Positions 8,391 to 18,504 of a stretch of DNA of 46,721 nt are shown piece by piece. Source of the DNA: an uncultured bacterium (GTDB taxonomy: Bacteria > Chlamydiota > Chlamydiia > Chlamydiales > SM23-39); contig CAYPMA010000001.1 of assembly GCA_964411685.1 (NCBI GenBank), positions 1 to 46,721 on the forward strand, written 5' to 3'. Made by a program: the position numbers and the translations under genes. The first letter of the stretch is position 1. Every line of letters begins with the position of its first letter. The notes below the pieces were generated by a model. It did no database searches. It was not told the DNA's origin and was given only the letters and a program-made list of their open reading frames with translations.

Positions 8391-11081
8391 ATGCGATACT
8401 TGTTAATTTCATTGGTATGCTTTATTGGCAGAATTTTGCTTTCCTTAAGATATAAGATAAAAATAAAAGGCAAAGATTTATTAACAAAGGATAATTTGAA
8501 TAAAAAAGGTGGTATTCTTTTTTTACCAAATCACCCAGCACAGATGGATCCAATTATTTTGTCTTTATTATTGTGGCCTAAATTTAAAACGCGTCCAATT
8601 GCTGTTGAATACATGTATAGGCAGCCGGGAATGCATTTTGCAATGAAACAGATCAAAGCAATTTCAATACCTAATCTTGAAACATCATTAAATGAATTGA
8701 AATTACAAAAAGTTAAAGAGGTATTTCAAATTATTGCTGATGGATTAAAGAATAAGGAGAATTTTTTAATTTATCCTTCAGCACGATTAAAACATACAGG
8801 AAAAGAAATATTGGGCGGTTCTTCAGGGACATATTCAATATTAAAAGAATGCCCTGAAGCAAATGTTGTTTTAATAAGGTCTGTAGGACTATGGGGAAGC
8901 AGTTTTTCAAGGGCTATCGAGAAAAAATCTCCTAATTTTGGGAAACAGGCTTTTAATGGGATTAAATATTTATTTTTGAATTTAATCTTTTTTATGCCTA
9001 GAAGAAAAATTGAAATTGAATTTTTGCCAAATCCAGAGGATTTTCCAAATCAGCCGTCTAAACTAGAGTTAAATAGGTATTTAGAAGCTTGGTATAACAA
9101 ATATCCAATGGAAAATAAAGTTGTGGCAACAGAACCTATGAAACTGGTGTCATATACTTTTTGGAAAAAAACATATCCAAAAGTAATAGAAAATAAAGAA
9201 TATAAAGAAGTGTTTAATGAAAACGTTTTTTCTTCTGACATACAAAAAGAAATAGTAAAAGAATTATCTCGTATATCTCATTTTTCAATAAATGAAATAA
9301 ATCCAAAAATGAACTTGGCCTTAGATTTGGGATTAGATTCTTTAGATTTAACAGAATTAATAACATTTTTATCAGTACATTATGAAACTAAGGAAATTCA
9401 TCCGGAAGATATTGAAACTGTAAAAGATTTATTTGAAGTGGCAGAAGGTAAAAAAACAACTAAGAAAAAGCATGAGCCTGCAAGTCAATTTACATGGCCG
9501 AAAGAAGAAAAAAGAATGCCTCCGGACCTTCCAAAGGGGAAAACGATTCAGGATTCGTTTTTTAGAATTTGTGATAAGATGAAGAATTCTTATGCATGTG
9601 CGGATGATTTGGTAGGTTCATTAACTTATAAGAAATTAAAGATTGCTGTTCTCTTATTGGCTGAAGAAGTAAAAAAAATGCCAGGTAAGTATATATCTGT
9701 TCTTCTTCCATCATCTGCCGGTGCTTATATGTTAACCTTTGCAATACTTTTAGCCGGGAAGATTCCTGTTATGCTCAACTGGACATTGGGAAGAAGATTT
9801 TTAGATCATATGATACAGGTAACTAATTCAGAAGTAGTTATTTCTTCTTGGAAGTTCATGGAAAAACTAACAAACGTTGAATTTGGAGATCTTACAAAAA
9901 AGATAGTATTTCTTGAGGACATTAAAAAGAGAATAACCCCATTGAAAAAGGTTAAAGGTCTTCTTTCATCAATGAAATCCTCTAAAAGTTTATTGAAAAA
10001 ACTTAAACTGAATAAAGTTAATGAAGATGATACAGCTGTTATTCTATTTACAAGCGGAACTGAAGCAGAACCAAAAGGTGTTCCGTTAAGTCATAAAAAT
10101 ATTATTTCAAACTTAAGATCGGCTATGCAGTGTATTAATTTGAAAGCTGATGAAATGTTATACGGAATATTACCGCCATTTCATTCATTTGGATTTTCAG
10201 TAACAGGAATTTTTCCAATTCTAGCAGGTATTAGAGTTGTTTATTTTCCTGATCCAACAGATAGCTATGCCCTTGCAGAAGGAATTAAAAGATGGAATAT
10301 AACTATGATTTGTTCTGCTCCAAGCTTTTTAAAAGGCCTTCTTCAGGCTGGAACTAAAGAAGAATTAAAATCTTTGAGGCTCTTAGTAACAGGAGCTGAA
10401 AAAACACCTAATGATTTATATGAGAAAGTTAAATCACTAGGAGGGAATAAGTATTTAATTGAGGGATACGGAATAACTGAATGTTCTCCAATAATATGTT
10501 TGAGCAGAGCTAATTTACCAAGAAAAGGTGTAGGACAGATTATTCCGGAATTTGAAATTTGTACTGTAGACCCTGAAACGCATGAACCGCTAAAAAAAGG
10601 AAAAGAGGGTGAATTATGTGTTATGGGACCTAGTGTTTTTAATGGTTATTTAGGTAATCAGAAAGATCCATTTATAATGATAGATAATAAAAAATGGTAT
10701 TGTACAGGTGATCTGGGTTATGTTGATGATAAGGGATATGTAATATTGTCAGGACGATTAAAAAGATTTACGAAAATTGGCGGCGAAATGATAAGCCTTG
10801 GTGGATTGGAAGAAGCAATTAGTAATTATTTAGTTGAAAAGCATATGATAGAACAGGATGGTCCTCAGGTTGCTGTTTTAGCAAAAGAAAGCGAGGAAAA
10901 TAGAGCTCATTTGATTGTTGTATCAACTGTTGATATAGATAAACATGAAATTAATCAAATGTTGAAAGATACAGGATTTAGCAGAATTGCAAAGATATCA
11001 GACGTAAAACAAATTGATCAGATTCCTCTTACTGGAACTGGTAAAATTGATTATCGTTATCTGCAAGGCTGGATAGAATAA
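8391..11081 (+). CDS. aas: Tri-domain acyltransferase / carrier-protein domain / acyl-ACP synthetase (Aas-like)
   Basis: 896 aa. It has a PlsC-type NHPAQMD (HX4D) motif, a phosphopantetheine-attachment-like LGLDSLDLTELITFL, and adenylation cores LFTSGTEAEPKGV, GYGITE, TGDLG, GRLKRFTKIGGEMIS and PLTGTGKID. Confidence 0.9.
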   Translation: MRYLLISLVCFIGRILLSLRYKIKIKGKDLLTKDNLNKKGGILFLPNHPAQMDPIILSLLLWPKFKTRPIAVEYMYRQPGMHFAMKQIKAISIPNLETSLNELKLQKVKEVFQIIADGLKNKENFLIYPSARLKHTGKEILGGSSGTYSILKECPEANVVLIRSVGLWGSSFSRAIEKKSPNFGKQAFNGIKYLFLNLIFFMPRRKIEIEFLPNPEDFPNQPSKLELNRYLEAWYNKYPMENKVVATEPMKLVSYTFWKKTYPKVIENKEYKEVFNENVFSSDIQKEIVKELSRISHFSINEINPKMNLALDLGLDSLDLTELITFLSVHYETKEIHPEDIETVKDLFEVAEGKKTTKKKHEPASQFTWPKEEKRMPPDLPKGKTIQDSFFRICDKMKNSYACADDLVGSLTYKKLKIAVLLLAEEVKKMPGKYISVLLPSSAGAYMLTFAILLAGKIPVMLNWTLGRRFLDHMIQVTNSEVVISSWKFMEKLTNVEFGDLTKKIVFLEDIKKRITPLKKVKGLLSSMKSSKSLLKKLKLNKVNEDDTAVILFTSGTEAEPKGVPLSHKNIISNLRSAMQCINLKADEMLYGILPPFHSFGFSVTGIFPILAGIRVVYFPDPTDSYALAEGIKRWNITMICSAPSFLKGLLQAGTKEELKSLRLLVTGAEKTPNDLYEKVKSLGGNKYLIEGYGITECSPIICLSRANLPRKGVGQIIPEFEICTVDPETHEPLKKGKEGELCVMGPSVFNGYLGNQKDPFIMIDNKKWYCTGDLGYVDDKGYVILSGRLKRFTKIGGEMISLGGLEEAISNYLVEKHMIEQDGPQVAVLAKESEENRAHLIVVSTVDIDKHEINQMLKDTGFSRIAKISDVKQIDQIPLTGTGKIDYRYLQGWIE

Positions 11082-11101
11082 CAAAAAAAGAGAATGTTAT
11101 T

Positions 11102-12502
11102 ATGAAATTATATAATACTGAATCAAAACAAAAAGAGAATATTTCTACGTCAAAGGATAATCAGATTCGTATTTATACCTGCGGCCCTACAATATATGAC
11201 TATGCTCACATTGGAAATTATAGAACATATGTATTTGAAGACCTGTTAATACGCTCATTGAGATATTTTGGATATGATGTAAAACATGTCATGAATTTGA
11301 CAGACGTTGATGATAAGACGATTAAAGGGGCTAATAAGCATAATATTAAACTAAATGAATATACCGATAAGTTTAAGAAGGCTTTCTTTGAAGATTTAAA
11401 ACAGTTAAATATTAAACCTGCAGATTTTTTCCCGGAAGCTACTCAATACATCCCTCAGATGATAAAGTTAATATCATCTCTAATAGAAAAGGGTTACGCA
11501 TATAAAGGTGATGATAATAGCATATATTTTTCTATTTCAAAATTTCCATCATATGGAAGGCTTTCTCATTTAAAACTTGATGAACTTAAAAAAGGTGCTT
11601 CAAAAAGATCTGTTCATGATGAATATGATAAAGAGAATGCATCTGATTTCGTATTATGGAAAAGTTATAATCAAAAAAGAGATGGTGATATTTTTTGGGA
11701 AAGTCCGTTTGGCAGGGGAAGACCTGGATGGCATATAGAGTGTTCTGCCATGGCGATTGAACTATTGGGAAATACAGTTGATATCCATTGTGGTGGAGTT
11801 GATAATATTTTTCCTCATCATGAAAATGAAATTGCTCAGTCTGAAGCATATACAGGTACACGTTTTGTAAAGCACTGGGCTCATTCACAGCATTTGATTG
11901 TTGATAACAAGAAGATGTCTAAAAGCCTTGGTAATTTTTATACCTTACGTGATTTGTTAGATAAAGGATACACAGGAAGAGAAGTGCGATATATGCTTCT
12001 TCAAACTCATTATCGTATACAGCTGAACTTTACTTTTGAAGAATTACAAGCAGTAAAAAATTCTATTAAAAGATTAAAAGATTTTATAGTCCGCCTTAGA
12101 AATATTAATGATGAAAAAAGCAGTATTATTGTTGAAGAAATAATTGATAACTATAAAAAGAAGTTCGATGAAGGACTTTTAGATGATTTGAATATTTCTG
12201 TTTCATTATCTTCTATCTTTGATTTGATTAGAGAGATAAATACTTATTGTGATGAAGAAAAATTATCAAAATATGATGCTGATAAAGTATTGAGTTTGTT
12301 ACAAGAATTTGATTCAGTGTTAGCTATTCTTCCTTTTGAAAAGGAAGAAGTGCCTGAAGATATTTTAAAAGCTCTTGAAAAACGAAACGAGGCCAGAAAA
12401 GAAAGAAATTTCAATAAGGCGGATGAGTTAAGAGATTATATTACATCAAAAGGCTATGTTATTGAAGATACAAAAGAGGGTTCAATAGTTAAGAGGAAAT
12501 AA
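11102..12502 (+). CDS. cysS: Cysteine--tRNA ligase
   Basis: 466 aa with class I HIGN (AHIGNYRTY) and KMSKS (NKKMSKSLGN) motifs and a typical CysRS N-terminus. Confidence 0.95.
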   Translation: MKLYNTESKQKENISTSKDNQIRIYTCGPTIYDYAHIGNYRTYVFEDLLIRSLRYFGYDVKHVMNLTDVDDKTIKGANKHNIKLNEYTDKFKKAFFEDLKQLNIKPADFFPEATQYIPQMIKLISSLIEKGYAYKGDDNSIYFSISKFPSYGRLSHLKLDELKKGASKRSVHDEYDKENASDFVLWKSYNQKRDGDIFWESPFGRGRPGWHIECSAMAIELLGNTVDIHCGGVDNIFPHHENEIAQSEAYTGTRFVKHWAHSQHLIVDNKKMSKSLGNFYTLRDLLDKGYTGREVRYMLLQTHYRIQLNFTFEELQAVKNSIKRLKDFIVRLRNINDEKSSIIVEEIIDNYKKKFDEGLLDDLNISVSLSSIFDLIREINTYCDEEKLSKYDADKVLSLLQEFDSVLAILPFEKEEVPEDILKALEKRNEARKERNFNKADELRDYITSKGYVIEDTKEGSIVKRK

Positions 12503-12503
12503 A

Positions 12504-12725
12504 ATGGCAAAAACTAAAGAAGAAAAATTTTTAATTAAACTTCATGAAATGAATGATAATCAGAATATTTTTGATGTTGGACATGCTATGGGATTAAATG
12601 ATACAAGCATAAAAACCATTGTGAGGATATTGCTTCAGTCCAATTTTATTAAGAAAGCGGAAGAGAATATAGTTTATCTTACCTCTAATGGACAATCATT
12701 AGTGAACACTTTGATACAAGGTTAG
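12504..12725 (+). CDS. Small hypothetical protein, possibly winged-helix-like
   Basis: 73 aa. It starts 1 nt after the cysS stop with AAGAGGAAATAAAATG upstream. It overlaps the convergent lysS stop by 4 nt. No diagnostic motif. Confidence 0.5.
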   Translation: MAKTKEEKFLIKLHEMNDNQNIFDVGHAMGLNDTSIKTIVRILLQSNFIKKAEENIVYLTSNGQSLVNTLIQG

Positions 12726-14299
12726 TTTTCTTCTTTTCTCATCATTGGGAAATAAATTACGTCCCTAATTGAGCTCGCTGATGTAAACAGCATTACAATC
12801 CTGTCAATACCGGCGCCGAATCCTGAGGCAGTTGGCATGCCTTGACACATGGCTTCTAAAAACTCTTCATCTAAAGGATGAGCCTCTTCATCGCCTTCTT
12901 TTTTGTTTTGTTGCTGCTGTTCAAATAACTCTCTTTGAAATATTGGATCATTTAATTCACTATAAGCATTTACTATCTCAGAGCCTAAAGCAAAGCTCTC
13001 AAATCTTTCAACTAGATGTTCTTTATGATTTTTTGGATCTCTTAGAGATTTACAAAGAGGGGTTGTTTCGATTGGGTGATCAGTAATGTGATGAGGCTGA
13101 ATTAAATGATGTTCAGCAAATTCCTCAAAGATAAATGAAATCATAGTACCTCTTGTAGCTTTTTTTATTTCTTTTGGAGAAATTTTTGTTTTTTCTAGAA
13201 GAATATTTCTCATATCATCATCAGATAATGAATCAATATCAATATCAGCATATTCTTTTATGCTTTCTTTCATGGTAAGTCTTTTCCATGGAGATTTAAA
13301 ATCAAGCACTACAGATTCTGATTCATTTTCTCTTGCAAATCTAACTTTAGTGTCTCCAAATAGTTTTAAAGCAACATTTTCAAATAGATTTTCAATAAAG
13401 CTCATCATCTTATTGTAATCCCAATAAGCAGCATATCCTTCGATCTCTGTAAATTCAGGATTATGAGTCCTGTCAAGGCCTTCATTTCTAAAAACCTTTC
13501 CTAGTTCGTATACTTTTAGAAGTCCTCCTACAAGAAGTTTTTTAAGAGGAATTTCTAGAGATATTCTCAAAAACATATCTTGATGCAATGCATTTAAATG
13601 CGTTTTAAAAGGTTTTGCATTTGCTCCTCCATATAGTGATTGTAAAACAGGAGTTTCAACTTCTAAAAATCCCGCTTCATCCATATATTGCCTGATAATT
13701 TTAATTATTTTACTTCTTAATATAAAAGTATCCTGGACATTTTTATTAGCTATGAGATCAAGCCATCTTTTTCTATATCTCATTTCCTTATCTGCAAGGC
13801 CGCTATGTTTGTCGGGAAGTGGAAGAAGAGACTTGGATAATAAAATTAAAGATTTTACGAAAATTGTTATTTCACCTTTTTGAGTTCTAAATATATTCCC
13901 TTTGATTCCAATGATGTCTCCCAAGTCAATTTTTTTCTCAATGAATTTTATATTTGACAGTTCACTTGTAGGGGAAAATCCTTCAACTTTTGTAATATCC
14001 CTATTACACATAAACTGTATTCTTCCTGTTTCATCCTGTAATTGTCCAAAAGCATTTTTACCCATAGGACGAAAAAGAACTAATCTTCCAGCTGTTATAA
14101 TCTCTTTTGTTTTTCCTTCCTGAGCTTCATCAAAACTGCCAATTTCTTTTTGAGAGAATTCTTCATGTATATCTTTAGGTGTATGTGTGGGTGAATAAGA
14201 GTAAGGGAAAGGGTTAACCTTAAAATCCTTAATTTCTTTTAGTTTTTTCAATCTATTTTGAAATTCTTCTATTTCATAATATTCTGGCTTGTCTGTCAT
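12722..14299 (-). CDS. lysS: Lysine--tRNA ligase, class II
   Basis: 525 aa with an OB-fold N-domain and class II core motifs (KVFRNEGLDRTHNPEFT, GFGAGIDRIVM). Confidence 0.95.
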   Translation of the reverse strand: MTDKPEYYEIEEFQNRLKKLKEIKDFKVNPFPYSYSPTHTPKDIHEEFSQKEIGSFDEAQEGKTKEIITAGRLVLFRPMGKNAFGQLQDETGRIQFMCNRDITKVEGFSPTSELSNIKFIEKKIDLGDIIGIKGNIFRTQKGEITIFVKSLILLSKSLLPLPDKHSGLADKEMRYRKRWLDLIANKNVQDTFILRSKIIKIIRQYMDEAGFLEVETPVLQSLYGGANAKPFKTHLNALHQDMFLRISLEIPLKKLLVGGLLKVYELGKVFRNEGLDRTHNPEFTEIEGYAAYWDYNKMMSFIENLFENVALKLFGDTKVRFARENESESVVLDFKSPWKRLTMKESIKEYADIDIDSLSDDDMRNILLEKTKISPKEIKKATRGTMISFIFEEFAEHHLIQPHHITDHPIETTPLCKSLRDPKNHKEHLVERFESFALGSEIVNAYSELNDPIFQRELFEQQQQNKKEGDEEAHPLDEEFLEAMCQGMPTASGFGAGIDRIVMLFTSASSIRDVIYFPMMRKEEN

Positions 14300-14395
14300 T
14301 TGAAACTTCCAACGTTTTTATTTATATATGATAATTTCTTACTTTTTATAAGAAAATAATATTTTATAATAACAGATAAAACATTAATGAAAAAA

Positions 14396-16624
14396 TTAAA
14401 AAAATATTGATGTTGGATCGATATCAATAAAAACTTTGATGCTTTTAGATTTGCATAGTAAAGTTTTTACTTTAAGCGCTGATGAGGATATAGAAAGACG
14501 AGCTGACCCTTTAATTAAAAAGAAGAAACGATGATTATCTTTTATTTTCTTTCTTCCTGACGGCACAACAGGAAATATCTTGTCTTTTGAAGATAGCAGA
14601 TTAATAATCATATTTTTAAATTCTTCAGCAAACGATAATGTCTTTTGTTCATCAAGACCTGAAAAATTAATTTTTACAAAAGATGAAAAAGGAGGATAAT
14701 CAAATAGTTCTCTTTGTTGTATTTCCTCATTATAGAATTTGTCAAAATCCTGATGTTTTGCAAGCTTGATTATAGGATTGTCAGGTATATGCGTCTGTAT
14801 TATCACTTCTCCTTTTAGTCCTGCTCTTCCTGCTCTTCCTGATACCTGTGTCAGTAGTTGAAAAACATATTCAGAAGATCTAAAGTCCGGTATGTTCAAA
14901 GCCATATCGGCATGAAGTACGCCTACAAGAGTAACAGAAGGAAAATGTAGGCCCTTTACAATCATTTGAGTTCCAATTAATACATCTGCCTTGCCTGATC
15001 TGAATTCTTTAAATAAGTTCTCAAGGTCATGTTTTTTCTGTGTTGTATCTCTGTCTATTCTTATTGTTCTTATTTTAGGAAATATGGCATTTAAGCTTCT
15101 TTCTACGTGTTCTGTCCCAAAACCTTTATATTTTATGAAAGAGCTTTCCTTACAAGATGGACATGTATTTATTGGTTTCATTTTATATAAGCATGCATGA
15201 CATAAAAGAAGGTTTGATTTCTTATGATATGTTAATGACACATCACAATGAGGGCATTTTATGGTGTAGGAGCAATTGCTGCAGAATACAAAGTGATTAT
15301 ATCCTCTTCTATTCAAAAAAAGAAGCGTCTGCTCTCCCTTTGAATGTCTGTTTTTAATCCCTTCTAATAATTGTTCTGAGAAATGTGTGAAACCTTTTGA
15401 TTTCTCAAATTCACGCTTCATATTAACAATATGTACTTCCGGAAGATTTGAATTAACAGGACGGTTTTTTAATATGCATAAATCATATTTATTTCTTTTA
15501 GCATTATAATAGCTCTCAAGAGAGGGTGTCGCGCTTCCCAATACAACACACGCATTTGAAAGATGTGCTCTTTTAATAGCTATATTTTTTGCATTATACG
15601 ATGGAGACTCTTCAGACTGTTTATATGACGTTTCATGTTCCTCATCAACAATTATTAGCCCAATGTTTTTCATGGGGCTGAATATTGCAGACCTTGCACC
15701 GATTACTATTTGAATTTCTTCATTTATAAGGCTTTCCCAGGCCTTATACCTTTCTCCCTGGCTTTTTTTATGGTGAAGGACAGCTATCTTGTTTTTAAAT
15801 CGTGATCTAAACCTTTCTATTGTTTGCGGGGTAAGTGAGATTTCAGGAACTAACATTATTACTGTTTTATTTCTATCTAGTGTTTTCTGTATTGCCTGGA
15901 GATAAACCTCTGTTTTTCCGCTACCAGTTATTCCATATAATAAATGAGCATGAAATTTATCACTTTCTATGCTTTTTACAATGTTTGAAAGAGCTAAAGA
16001 CTGTTCATCAGTTAGAGTTTTTTTTGATGATTGAAAAAACTCTGCATTTTCCAATAAATGAGCATCATCGATTATAATTTTTTCAGAGGTTAGTATTTTT
16101 TTCTCTATTAATGTATTTATCGGAGCTTTAGATATTTTCGCATCATTTATAAGATCTGTTAATAACACAGCTTTTTTATACTTTAAAAAAACAGCTATTG
16201 CATGGGCCTGGGCAGGAGAAGTTTTTTGTAATGCTGAACATATAGATAAAAGTTCTTTTTTTGTTTTTTTTGATTTTATTAACAATTGAGTTTTTGGCTT
16301 TATTTCTTCACGGATTGCAGTTGGTATTATACATCGTAAAACTTTTGAAAGAGATGTTGCATAATATTTTGACATCCATATGGCAAGTTCGAACAAATCT
16401 TTGGGAAGAGGCTTTTCTGTTAATATATTTTCTAAAAATAATAAAGATGGAAATGAAGATGATTTTTTTGTTTGAAATACATATCCTTTAGCGGTTTTAC
16501 CACGAAGAGGAACGGATACCCTCATTCCGGGCTTTATTTTATTAATTAATTTTTCAGGTATTTCATAATCAAGCGTTTTTTGAATGTCTGCATCTAATAT
16601 TATTGAGGCATATTTATCCGTCAT
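14396..16624 (-). CDS. priA: Primosomal replication restart helicase PriA
   Basis: 742 aa. It has Walker A GITGSGKTEVY, DEEH (IVDEEHE), and a Cys-rich zinc region CSNCSYTIKCPHCDVSLTYH...CHAC...CPSC. Confidence 0.95.
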   Translation of the reverse strand: MTDKYASIILDADIQKTLDYEIPEKLINKIKPGMRVSVPLRGKTAKGYVFQTKKSSSFPSLLFLENILTEKPLPKDLFELAIWMSKYYATSLSKVLRCIIPTAIREEIKPKTQLLIKSKKTKKELLSICSALQKTSPAQAHAIAVFLKYKKAVLLTDLINDAKISKAPINTLIEKKILTSEKIIIDDAHLLENAEFFQSSKKTLTDEQSLALSNIVKSIESDKFHAHLLYGITGSGKTEVYLQAIQKTLDRNKTVIMLVPEISLTPQTIERFRSRFKNKIAVLHHKKSQGERYKAWESLINEEIQIVIGARSAIFSPMKNIGLIIVDEEHETSYKQSEESPSYNAKNIAIKRAHLSNACVVLGSATPSLESYYNAKRNKYDLCILKNRPVNSNLPEVHIVNMKREFEKSKGFTHFSEQLLEGIKNRHSKGEQTLLFLNRRGYNHFVFCSNCSYTIKCPHCDVSLTYHKKSNLLLCHACLYKMKPINTCPSCKESSFIKYKGFGTEHVERSLNAIFPKIRTIRIDRDTTQKKHDLENLFKEFRSGKADVLIGTQMIVKGLHFPSVTLVGVLHADMALNIPDFRSSEYVFQLLTQVSGRAGRAGLKGEVIIQTHIPDNPIIKLAKHQDFDKFYNEEIQQRELFDYPPFSSFVKINFSGLDEQKTLSFAEEFKNMIINLLSSKDKIFPVVPSGRKKIKDNHRFFFLIKGSARLSISSSALKVKTLLCKSKSIKVFIDIDPTSIFF

Positions 16625-17451
16625 TATTTTTCTATATTTAATCTATTTATTTTGTGGCTAAGGGCTTTCCACAAATTGCTTTTTAGTTTTGGATTTTTTC
16701 TATATAAGGATAAATCAGGAAGTAAAAATATTGGAATATTAAATAAATATTTCTCAGATTTATTGGGAATTTCCTTTAAATGACATAATAAGTTTGAGTT
16801 TTTCATCAAATCATTTTCCATAACGATAATAAGCTTTATTAAGCTGTTAGATAAAAAATTGTGCCAATTATCATTTTTTTCTAATTCTTTTGATGCAATT
16901 ACATTTGTTTCTTTAAATGATAGGTCTATTGCCTGGGCTAAATTTTTTAAAAACTGCCTGTCATGAATATTTTCTGAAAAAGATAATATGCATATTTCTT
17001 TAGCCTGAGACTTATATTTCCATGCATTTGATATTTTTTTTGCATTTTCATCTGAAGGAATATTTTCGATATATTTTGTGTCTGGAGCAATTTTCCCAAG
17101 CAGTATTTTAATGTTGTCGTCATAGAGGTCTTCTCTTATTATTGGCTCTAATTTAATAGTTTTTACAGGTTCTTTTTTCTCTTCATCATTTTCAAGTACA
17201 AGTTCAATAATTTCTTTATTCTTAAGTGGATATTCAGTTTTTTTATTTGTTTTTTGTTCGTTGTATGATGGATAAGGATTTGAGTTATTAAAATTAACAA
17301 TTATTTCTTCATTTTTCTTAGGTAATACAGATTTTATTTCTTCCTGAAAATATTCATAATCAGAAGAAAAAATAAAATCTTCTTTATTTTGCTTAAGAAT
17401 ATAAAGAGTATCTTTTATCAATTTTGAATATTCATCAGAAAATGTATGCAT
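16624..17451 (-). CDS. Hypothetical protein co-transcribed with priA
   Basis: 275 aa. Its stop overlaps the priA start by 1 nt (TAATG). No recognisable motif. Confidence 0.6.
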   Translation of the reverse strand: MHTFSDEYSKLIKDTLYILKQNKEDFIFSSDYEYFQEEIKSVLPKKNEEIIVNFNNSNPYPSYNEQKTNKKTEYPLKNKEIIELVLENDEEKKEPVKTIKLEPIIREDLYDDNIKILLGKIAPDTKYIENIPSDENAKKISNAWKYKSQAKEICILSFSENIHDRQFLKNLAQAIDLSFKETNVIASKELEKNDNWHNFLSNSLIKLIIVMENDLMKNSNLLCHLKEIPNKSEKYLFNIPIFLLPDLSLYRKNPKLKSNLWKALSHKINRLNIEK

Positions 17452-17515
17452 ACGATCTATTGGTTTTTATATAAATATATCAATTTTTTTTCGCAAAACA
17501 AGGGTAAAAAGATTT

Positions 17516-18430
17516 TTATTCGCTAATAGATAATAAATCTTTGGTAAATTTTTCAGGATTAAAGATATCGATGTCTTCAATACTTTCACCTGTGCCTACC
17601 CATTGAACCGGAATATTCATGTTTTTCTGAATTGATACAATTATTCCACCTTTAGCAGTGCCATCAAGTTTAGTTAAAATTATTCCGGAAATAGGCGTGT
17701 ATTGATTAAATATTTTTGCCTGGTCTAAAGCATTTTGACCTATTGTGGCATCAAGAACTAACAATGTCTCATGAGGAGCTGTTTCAATAAGCTTTTTGCA
17801 AACTTTTTTTATTTTTTCTAATTCGTTCATAAGGTTGGTTTTTGTATGAAGCCTTCCGGCAGTATCAATTAGAACAACATCAACACCTCTTGTTTTTGCT
17901 GCCTGCAGCCCATCGAATACAACAGAAGAAGGGTCACTATTAGGCTGGGACTTAATTATGTCTATCTTTGTCTTTTCAGCCCATGATGTAAGCTGTTCCA
18001 CTGCTGCGGCCCTGAATGTATCGGCTGCAATGATAAGAACCTTTTTCTTTTTATTTTTGTAATAATTTGCAAGTTTGGCAAGGTTTGTTGTTTTTCCGCT
18101 TCCATTAGCTCCTACGATCATTATTACATGACATTTTTCAGTTGGCTCAGAGGTAGGAATATAATTTTCTTTTATGTTTTTTAAAATATCCTGTTCTATG
18201 TAAGAAATAATTTCATTTAATGAGATATCTTTATTTTTTCTATAAAGTTCCTCAATTTTTTTTGTTAAACTTATAGATATATCAACGCCAAGATCAGCTT
18301 CATAAAATAATTTCTCAAGGTCATCATAAGGGAAAACATCTCTTTTTCTAGAGAAGAGATCTTTGATTTTTTTACCTATAGAGAATAAAACGTGTTTTTT
18401 TTCTTTTTTTCTTTTAAAAAAACCAAACAT
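17516..18430 (-). CDS. ftsY: Signal recognition particle receptor FtsY (short form)
   Basis: 304 aa with SRP-GTPase motifs GANGSGKTT, DTAGR and TKLDGTAKGG. Confidence 0.95.
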   Translation of the reverse strand: MFGFFKRKKEKKHVLFSIGKKIKDLFSRKRDVFPYDDLEKLFYEADLGVDISISLTKKIEELYRKNKDISLNEIISYIEQDILKNIKENYIPTSEPTEKCHVIMIVGANGSGKTTNLAKLANYYKNKKKKVLIIAADTFRAAAVEQLTSWAEKTKIDIIKSQPNSDPSSVVFDGLQAAKTRGVDVVLIDTAGRLHTKTNLMNELEKIKKVCKKLIETAPHETLLVLDATIGQNALDQAKIFNQYTPISGIILTKLDGTAKGGIIVSIQKNMNIPVQWVGTGESIEDIDIFNPEKFTKDLLSISE

Positions 18431-18504
18431 ATTTCTTTTATCTGATTTTTAGTTGAATGAAATCAAAATCTATCACATAAAGGAATTAAAACAAAGGTAT
18501 TAAA

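Noticed and set aside
8258-8473. 71-aa minus-strand ORF spanning the aas promoter and start
   Set aside because: It overlaps the aas 5' end and runs through poly-A/T tracts. It shows no RBS and low complexity.
12722-12725. Convergent 3'-end overlaps (12722-12725, 7911-7950, 35975-35985, 37413-37416, 43270-43283)
   Set aside because: Short convergent overlaps are common in compact genomes. I do not count them as a signal beyond showing tight packing. The 7911-7950 case may simply reflect an over-long small ORF.
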